IMG/VR virus record: IMGVR_UViG_3300032288_004964
Coordinates: 1 to 64,000 of that record
DNA: 64,000 nucleotides
Strand: one strand, 5' to 3'
The notes under the pieces were generated by a model. That model did not search any database, was not told the origin of the DNA, and was given only the letters and a program-made list of their open reading frames with translations. The position numbers were made by a program, and so were the translations under genes. The first letter of the stretch is position 1; the number at the start of each line of letters is the position of its first letter. Positions 57,727 to 64,000 of this stretch are shown in pieces.

Positions 57727-60700
57727 ATGGCAATTCAAATTGGAAAATACAAAAGACCTGGTATCTTTATTGAGGAGTTCGACAATTCTATCATAAGCTC
57801 ACCTACTGTAGAAGGAATAACTAACATGGTTATTGGAGTATCTAAGAAAGGTCCCGTTAATACACCTATATTATTGAAAAATGTTAATGATTTAGAATCA
57901 ATCTTCGGTCAGTTAGACAGAAATTTAGAAAGAAAAGGATCTTTCTTTCACAGAACTGTTGCCAAGATGTTAGAATCTACTTCTGTTTATGCAGTTAACC
58001 TGTTATTAACAGATGATACATTAGATCAAATAGAGTATCAATCTTTATCAGCAGCTTCTAACTATATGAATGATGTAGAGAGATTAGGTGCTTACAGAAG
58101 ATTTTTTGATACTACAGGTTTCTGGAAAAGAGACACTGAATCATTTATTAACCTAACTAAAGGTAATGTTGGTTATAATGATAGAGTAATGAGTATTACT
58201 AACTTATCTGATAGATATACTACTGTATTTATTGTTAAATCTAAACTTACAGGTTTTGATAGAACTTTAATTGAGTGGTATGGTTCTCAAGAGAAATTAC
58301 CTCCTTATGTTAATCCTACAGATTATGCTTCTGATTATTTAGTTGATGTTGTTATTGTTGGTGGTGATTGGTCAAACTATCAAGATTTGGCTATAGATAC
58401 TAGATGGGGTGCTTACTTTAACTCAGAAGGTCTAAGAAAAGAACAACTTAGTAATTTTGCCAATGATAGAAATGTTACTCTTTTAGCTTATTATGAGGGA
58501 CTTTCTTTAATTCCATATTTTAGAGATTCTAATGGTAGAAATATATTTATTGAAACTACAATCAATAGAGACACAGACAAAACTGGTATCTTCTGTGCAT
58601 TCAATTCAGAATTACTTGAAGGTGATTATCCAAATGGATTAGTTGACCTTATTGGTAACGGTATTGTTGGACAAGATGCAGTTGAAATTGATTATCTTTC
58701 TTATAAAGAAACAATCAGTCAATCTGTTGAATATTCTAATGTTATTTTAGATAGACCAGGTAATACATTAGCATTAAGTGGTGCTTACGGTGGAGCTAGA
58801 GCTAATAATCACTCAAGAAGTGATGCTTCTACAAACAATACACCTACTATTGATGGTCCAGTTGTTTCTGGTGATAGAACAGGTTGGTTTGCTGAAGATT
58901 TTATTTTCAACTTAATATCTAATACACCTATTTCAAGTACATCTTCTATTTCTATTACATTTGATTCTGATCTTGTTACATATACAGACGCTTATGCTGT
59001 TATTGGTGGTGAATATATTCAACTTGCTGCAGCAGCAGGAGCTACAACATCATCTATTGTATCAACATCATTTAATGTATTGGGAACTAGTTACCCCAAT
59101 TCTGGTACTACTGCTTCTTATACAGTTGCTTTCGTCGTTGATGCTACTGGTAATATAGTAATGGTAGATAATGTTTTAACATCTGACAATCCAGTTGTTG
59201 CAACAAGTGATGTTGTATTAGGTTATATAGATTTTGATATTACTAATCAAGTTATCGCTACAAGCAGTGTTGTGTATAATCCAGTATCAATTGATAACTC
59301 TGGGTATATTGATTTAGATTTTGGTGTAGATTATACTGTTACTGAAACTTCTACAGGTGTTATTGAGGTTGAATTTTTAAATACTGCTTCTACACCAAGT
59401 ACTAAAAACTATGAACAATATAGAAAGATTAAAATGTTCAGTAAATTAACAGATGCTTTAGATGGATCATCTAAAGATAAAATGACAATGGTTATAGATT
59501 CTACTACAATGACTAAGAAGCCATTATCTAATATGACTGTTAGTGGTGTTATTACAAGTGCATCATCTAATAAATCATTTGTTATTACTACAGGATTAGA
59601 CAGTGCTGACATTGCTGATGTTGTTAATAATGGATACTTATTATTCTTTAATGTTGATGATGAATTTGTGTTAAATGAATATGAAATTGAAACTAAGGAT
59701 GAAGTTGCTTCTGTTTCAGGAACATCATCTACTGGTGTTGTTGCTAAATTCTCTACTTTCTATACTGATTATTATTCTGGTAAAGTTAACTCAGAAGATT
59801 ATTTCTGGAGTAACTTAGTTGAAAATAAAATAGACCAAAATGGAAATACTCCAGGATATGGTTTACCAGATATTATCTTTATTGCTGGTGAAGATTCACC
59901 TTCTATGACAGCTTCTGTAATTGGAAATGACTATATTGTCTTCTCTTGCACAGCTTCTGGATTTGGTAGCTCATTATTAGCAAATTTAGATGTTAATGAT
60001 ATTATATCAGTTCCTTCATCTACAAGTAATAAAGGAACATTTACAATTAAATCTGGTGGTGGTTCTACAGCAATTGCTTTAGCTACAACTTTAGGATATG
60101 GTTCAGGTTATTGGGCTTTTAGAGTTAATGAAAATGTTGTACTTGAAAGCTTAGTTGATGTTCCTGTTGTTTATGACTATATTACTAAACATTACTTAAA
60201 AATGTACTTAGATGGTCTTAATAACTTAGATGTTAAGTTTACAGATTCTTTATTATCAAGTTTTGAGCCAATTAATGTTAACACTAATCAAACAATTTAT
60301 ATTCAATCTTTAATTAACAATTACAAACAATCCATTGAGATTGAAATACCTACAGGTTATACTCAAGTTCCAAACAAGATTCTTGTTAATGGATCTAGAT
60401 ATACTGAGGTTAAAGTTGGTGACTTCTTAGAAGCTTATTATGATTCTACTTTATTACAAGTTGGTCAAGTTCCTAAGAAATTAACAAGAATCTTAACAAA
60501 GAGACAATATGCGGCTGATACATCATTAGTTGAAATTACTTGTGATTCTAGAATTGCTACTTATAACTTTAGTGGTGATTACCAAACATTTAGATATACT
60601 TCAATGGAAGATTATGTATCTACTTATAAGGCTTTATCACTTAAAGGATTTAGAGTTAGACAAGACTCTTTACCGGATGGTACTGAATCTAGACAAAATG

Positions 60701-61671
60701 CTATATTAAACCTTTTAGCTAAAGGAACTCCATTGTTCAAAGCAGCTACAAACAAAGAAGCAATTGACTTTAGATATTTAGTTGATTCATTTGGATTAGG
60801 TTTAACTGAAAGATCTAAACAACAATTAGTTGATATTTGTGGTGATAGATTAGATGCATTTGGTTTCATCAATATGCCTTCAATGAGATCATTCAAAAAC
60901 TCAAGTTCTCCGTCATTTGTTAACACAGAAGGTGTTCTTCAGTTAGAATATGTTTCTAAAGGTGGTGATCCTGAATCAAGTCCAGCTTTCCTTTACTCAT
61001 TTGGTGATGGTGCTGGTACAACTTGTGTAGGTTACTTCTTACCTTATATGACTGTTAGTGACAATGGTAGACCAGTTGAAGTTCCACCAGCTATGTTTGC
61101 GGCTACAACTTATATGAGAAAACACTTATCTAATATCTCAGCAATAACTCCTTGGACTATCGCTGCTGGTGTTACTAATGGTAGAATCACTAATATTGCT
61201 GGTCTAGAGATGGATTTCACACCATCTGATATTGAATGGTTAAATCAAGCTCAAATGAACCCAATTGTGTTCAAGAGAAATAGAGGTTATGTTATTGAGA
61301 CTGAAAATACAGCTCAAACACTTTATAAGTCAGCTCTTTCTTACATTCATGTTAGAGAGGTGTTAATTGAACTTGAAAGAGAATTATCAAGAATGTTATT
61401 AGATTACCAATGGAAGTTTAATACAGCTGATGTTAGAGCAGAAATTAAACTTAGAGCAGATGTTATCTGTGAAACTTATGTAAGTAGAAATGGTTTATAT
61501 AACTACTTCAATAAAATTGATGAAGAAAACAACACTCCTGATGTTATTGATAATCAAATTGGTGTTCTTGACACTTATGTTGAACCAATTAAAGGTATGG
61601 GTATCATTGTAAATAACATTACAATACTTAGAACCGGAGCAATCAGTGCAGGTGGATTCATCAACGGATAA
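57727..61671 (+). CDS. Tail sheath protein (gp18-like) with large insertion
   Basis: RPGIFIEEFD, GVSKKGPVNTP, W...AG..NG, NPIV, LSYIHVRE.LI, IDEENNT.DVID, YVEP.KG...I. Confidence 0.93.
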   Translation: MAIQIGKYKRPGIFIEEFDNSIISSPTVEGITNMVIGVSKKGPVNTPILLKNVNDLESIFGQLDRNLERKGSFFHRTVAKMLESTSVYAVNLLLTDDTLDQIEYQSLSAASNYMNDVERLGAYRRFFDTTGFWKRDTESFINLTKGNVGYNDRVMSITNLSDRYTTVFIVKSKLTGFDRTLIEWYGSQEKLPPYVNPTDYASDYLVDVVIVGGDWSNYQDLAIDTRWGAYFNSEGLRKEQLSNFANDRNVTLLAYYEGLSLIPYFRDSNGRNIFIETTINRDTDKTGIFCAFNSELLEGDYPNGLVDLIGNGIVGQDAVEIDYLSYKETISQSVEYSNVILDRPGNTLALSGAYGGARANNHSRSDASTNNTPTIDGPVVSGDRTGWFAEDFIFNLISNTPISSTSSISITFDSDLVTYTDAYAVIGGEYIQLAAAAGATTSSIVSTSFNVLGTSYPNSGTTASYTVAFVVDATGNIVMVDNVLTSDNPVVATSDVVLGYIDFDITNQVIATSSVVYNPVSIDNSGYIDLDFGVDYTVTETSTGVIEVEFLNTASTPSTKNYEQYRKIKMFSKLTDALDGSSKDKMTMVIDSTTMTKKPLSNMTVSGVITSASSNKSFVITTGLDSADIADVVNNGYLLFFNVDDEFVLNEYEIETKDEVASVSGTSSTGVVAKFSTFYTDYYSGKVNSEDYFWSNLVENKIDQNGNTPGYGLPDIIFIAGEDSPSMTASVIGNDYIVFSCTASGFGSSLLANLDVNDIISVPSSTSNKGTFTIKSGGGSTAIALATTLGYGSGYWAFRVNENVVLESLVDVPVVYDYITKHYLKMYLDGLNNLDVKFTDSLLSSFEPINVNTNQTIYIQSLINNYKQSIEIEIPTGYTQVPNKILVNGSRYTEVKVGDFLEAYYDSTLLQVGQVPKKLTRILTKRQYAADTSLVEITCDSRIATYNFSGDYQTFRYTSMEDYVSTYKALSLKGFRVRQDSLPDGTESRQNAILNLLAKGTPLFKAATNKEAIDFRYLVDSFGLGLTERSKQQLVDICGDRLDAFGFINMPSMRSFKNSSSPSFVNTEGVLQLEYVSKGGDPESSPAFLYSFGDGAGTTCVGYFLPYMTVSDNGRPVEVPPAMFAATTYMRKHLSNISAITPWTIAAGVTNGRITNIAGLEMDFTPSDIEWLNQAQMNPIVFKRNRGYVIETENTAQTLYKSALSYIHVREVLIELERELSRMLLDYQWKFNTADVRAEIKLRADVICETYVSRNGLYNYFNKIDEENNTPDVIDNQIGVLDTYVEPIKGMGIIVNNITILRTGAISAGGFING

Positions 61672-61684
61672 TAATTAAATACTT

Positions 61685-61716
61685 AAAAAACCCAGATAGA
61701 AATATCTGGGTTTTTT
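61685..61716 (+). terminator. Intrinsic terminator
   Basis: A6-CCCAGATA-gaaa-TATCTGGG-T6. Confidence 0.85.
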
Positions 61717-61793
61717 GTTTTAAACTTTTACTGATAATATACTATAATGGAGAGAGCAAACCGCTTAATATATAAAAAAAATATAATAATCCT

Positions 61794-62729
61794 ATGAGTG
61801 ATAATAATAAAAAAGATATGTCAGAAGAAGAATATCTAAGAAAACATTTAGAAAGTGTTGATAATCAGCAATCTAATTCCGATATACCATTCGTCAAACC
61901 TGTAGTTGAATCTGTTAAATCTAGTGATTTACATTATTTTAACTTTGATGTAAAAGAAATGCCTTGTGGTAAATATTATCCTACCGGTACTGTTGTTATG
62001 GTTAGACCGGCACAAGTAAAAGAAATTCAATCATATTCTATGGTAGATGATAATAACTTCTATGATATTGTAGAAAAAATGAATGATATGTTGCAATCTT
62101 GTGTTAGATTAAAATATCCCGATGGTAAGATTACCTCATTTTTAGAAATTAAAGATCAAGACCGTTTATTCTTAATCTTTATGATTAGAGAATTAACATT
62201 CCAGCAAGGTAATTCACTAGCAGTTAATGCTAGATGTTCTTGTGGTAATGATATGCAAATTGAAATGAAGAGAGATAATTTTGTATTTCACGAGTTTGAT
62301 GAGAAATTGGAAAGATTTTTTGACCTATCAACAAAATCATTTAAATTCAAAGTTCAAAATGGTAAAGATTATGAACTTTCTCCACCTTGTATTGGTATTC
62401 AAAAATCATTTACTGATTATATTATTAAAGAAAATAATGAAAAAAGAACTCCTAATTTGGCTTTCTTAAAAATCATTCCTTTTATGTTGAATGGAAGATC
62501 TTCTATTACAATTGATGGTATCAAAGCTAAACTTCAAGAATTTGAAAAGATAGATGATATCTCATTTCAATTCCTTAATGCAGCTGTTGGTAAAATGACA
62601 TTTGGATTGAAGGAGTTAAAGAAAACTTGTAGCTGCGGGTTGGAGGTGCGCAGCGAAATGACATTTCCCAACGGAGCGTCAGGTATTTTCGTTATTCATG
62701 ATGCCTTTGAAGCATATATTAAAGAATAA
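61794..62729 (+). CDS. Baseplate hub subunit/assembly protein (gp26-like)
   Basis: MPCGKYY...RP..VKE...DR.FL...IR..T, with two CxC motifs. Confidence 0.65.
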   Translation: MSDNNKKDMSEEEYLRKHLESVDNQQSNSDIPFVKPVVESVKSSDLHYFNFDVKEMPCGKYYPTGTVVMVRPAQVKEIQSYSMVDDNNFYDIVEKMNDMLQSCVRLKYPDGKITSFLEIKDQDRLFLIFMIRELTFQQGNSLAVNARCSCGNDMQIEMKRDNFVFHEFDEKLERFFDLSTKSFKFKVQNGKDYELSPPCIGIQKSFTDYIIKENNEKRTPNLAFLKIIPFMLNGRSSITIDGIKAKLQEFEKIDDISFQFLNAAVGKMTFGLKELKKTCSCGLEVRSEMTFPNGASGIFVIHDAFEAYIKE

Positions 62730-62949
62730 GTTACTTTTACAGAAACACTTTAATACACAAGAAATTTCAATGGATGAATGGCCTTATTGGTTATTAGAAG
62801 AGAATATTAAAATAGTTAATGAAATCATAGAAGAAGAGGAAAAACAAAAGAAAAAGGATGAAGAAAAACAACAAGCAGGAATGCCTAACTTTAATCCTGG
62901 ATCAATGATGAAAAATGCTTCAAGTATGATGGGTAATATTAAGAGATAA
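62698..62949 (+). CDS. Baseplate hub assembly protein (gp51-like)
   Basis: L.KH......MDEWPYW..E pattern, directly after the gp26-like gene. Confidence 0.55.
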   Translation: MMPLKHILKNKLLLQKHFNTQEISMDEWPYWLLEENIKIVNEIIEEEEKQKKKDEEKQQAGMPNFNPGSMMKNASSMMGNIKR

Positions 62950-62978
62950 AAAAAGAGAGACAAATGTCTCTCTTTTTT
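62948..62978. terminator. Bidirectional terminator
   Basis: AAAAGAGAGACA-aa-TGTCTCTCTTTT. Confidence 0.85.
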
Positions 62979-62995
62979 GTTTAGTATTTTTACTA

Positions 62996-63613
62996 TTAGT
63001 ATCCAGAAATAAGTGGAGGGTTAATAGAGAAGTTATTATCAATATATTCATCAATCCAGTAATCTGCTATGAAGTCTGCATCACAAGACCAGATATCACT
63101 TCCTTCCCATTTAAGAGAAATACCACTTACTGATTTAATTTGACAGTTTTGGAAAGTTACCCTTCTAAGAACAAATCCTTTTTTATCATGTTGATTTACA
63201 ATAATAGTTCCAATAATGTCACTCTTATAATGTAAGTAACCTGTTTGAGAATTCCAAACTAAATCATACCATGATTTTAATGTATTCCAGTTTTCCATTG
63301 AACCTCCTTGATTAACATTAACTTGGAAGTTAATTTTGAAGTCAATAGTTGTTTTAGCTGGACCAGCTGCCATAAAAGCTCTAGTTGAATACTTGAACCT
63401 TTGTTCTTTAGTTTCAATTGCTTCTGTTAAGTTTACATCAATTGATGTTGCGTTTTCTAATAGCAATAGGGTATTTCTACCTTGTGCTTGTAATAAAGTC
63501 GGTAATACAAATGTTATTTCAAACAAATTAGTATATACTGGTTCTTCTGGTGACGTACCTGGTCCACCTGGTGAACCTACGTTTGAGATATTTGTAAAAT
63601 GTGGTAATGGCAT
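62996..63613 (-). CDS. Tail tube protein (gp19-like)
   Basis: NLFEI.F, W..LV.N..TG, Y, L.W, F.ADYW. Confidence 0.8.
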   Translation of the reverse strand: MPLPHFTNISNVGSPGGPGTSPEEPVYTNLFEITFVLPTLLQAQGRNTLLLLENATSIDVNLTEAIETKEQRFKYSTRAFMAAGPAKTTIDFKINFQVNVNQGGSMENWNTLKSWYDLVWNSQTGYLHYKSDIIGTIIVNQHDKKGFVLRRVTFQNCQIKSVSGISLKWEGSDIWSCDADFIADYWIDEYIDNNFSINPPLISGY

Positions 63614-63726
63614 ATCTTTTTTAATTATTTTTTATAAATTATATATTATTACTCACATTCTCTTTATCTCCATTTATTATAATTATGTTGTTAAAAATGC
63701 CATTTCCACTTTTTAATAGATAGATT

Positions 63727-64000
63727 ATGAACTGTAACTATAGATTTTGCAATAAAGAGATTAAATGGGGTAGACCAGACAGAAAGTTTTGTAATAAAAA
63801 TTGCAAGTCAAAGGAAAATGCTATAATAAAAGAACTAAAGTCACTCAGTAGAAGAAATAAAAGAAACAAAGAATTTGTTGAAAAATCAAATATTAAACAT
63901 AACTATAAATATAATTATGATTTAACGCTTTATGAAAATTGCAGAAGTAAAGTTAAAATAATATGTCCAATACACGGAGAATTTGAACAAACACCAAACG
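63727..64000 (+). mobile_element. DUF723-type homing endonuclease, 3'-truncated by window
   Basis: MNCNYRFC...KFCNKNC...KHNYKYNYD...KVKIICPIHGEFEQTPN; same repeat family as 22335..23225. Confidence 0.7.

Noticed and set aside
62680-62730. Programmed frameshift joining gp26-like and gp51-like ORFs
   Set aside because: There is a 32-bp overlap, but the second ORF has its own ATGs and no clear slippery heptamer.
1695-63716. Other short antisense or nested ORFs (e.g. 1695, 10080, 28983, 37699, 60624, 63336)
   Set aside because: They lie almost wholly within well-supported genes on another frame or strand, with no motifs or promoters.
1-64000. Stop-codon reassignment as in some large phages
   Set aside because: Core genes are full length in the standard code, and TAG/TGA occur at plausible gene ends (e.g. 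18060, 20850, 23910, 57666).

Overview
This 64 kb AT-rich window is from a large T4-like (myovirus) jumbo phage, read in the standard genetic code. The host is probably Bacteroidota, based on TAnnTTTG promoters, no evident Shine-Dalgarno sites, a Gly-resuming tmRNA tag and a Q-rule signal peptide. 1-16.3 kb holds fibre/adhesin genes: a G-X-X collagen-like protein, three LamG proteins, a 1584-aa protein of about 60 (S/T)xxGG repeats and a beta-helix fibre. 16.3-21.5 kb is a convergent glycan-modification cluster: a GT9-like enzyme, a sulfotransferase, a TibC/AAH-type protein O-glycosyltransferase, a GT4 and a SAM methyltransferase. 21.5-31 kb has accessory genes (nucleotidyltransferase, homing endonuclease, Dam, NADAR, M28 peptidase, NFACT-R), a tmRNA with an unusual 29-aa tag, and a leader-peptide/hairpin-controlled small gene next to it. 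31-64 kb holds T4-like core genes scattered on both strands (gp23, gp21/22 fusion, gp20, gp2, gp4, gp55, gp15, gp44, gp25, gp17, gp18, gp26, gp19) plus GSII, ClpS and HAD proteins. Most genes have their own TAATATATA promoter, and convergent genes share bidirectional terminators. Best candidate novel systems: (1) a phage protein-glycosylation module clustered with its probable SGG-repeat substrate; (2) a tmRNA plus uORF-gated gene, with NFACT-R and ClpS, as a translation quality-control module; (3) a late sigma factor whose conserved N-terminus has no in-frame ATG. All product calls come from motif recognition by eye; no database searches were run.
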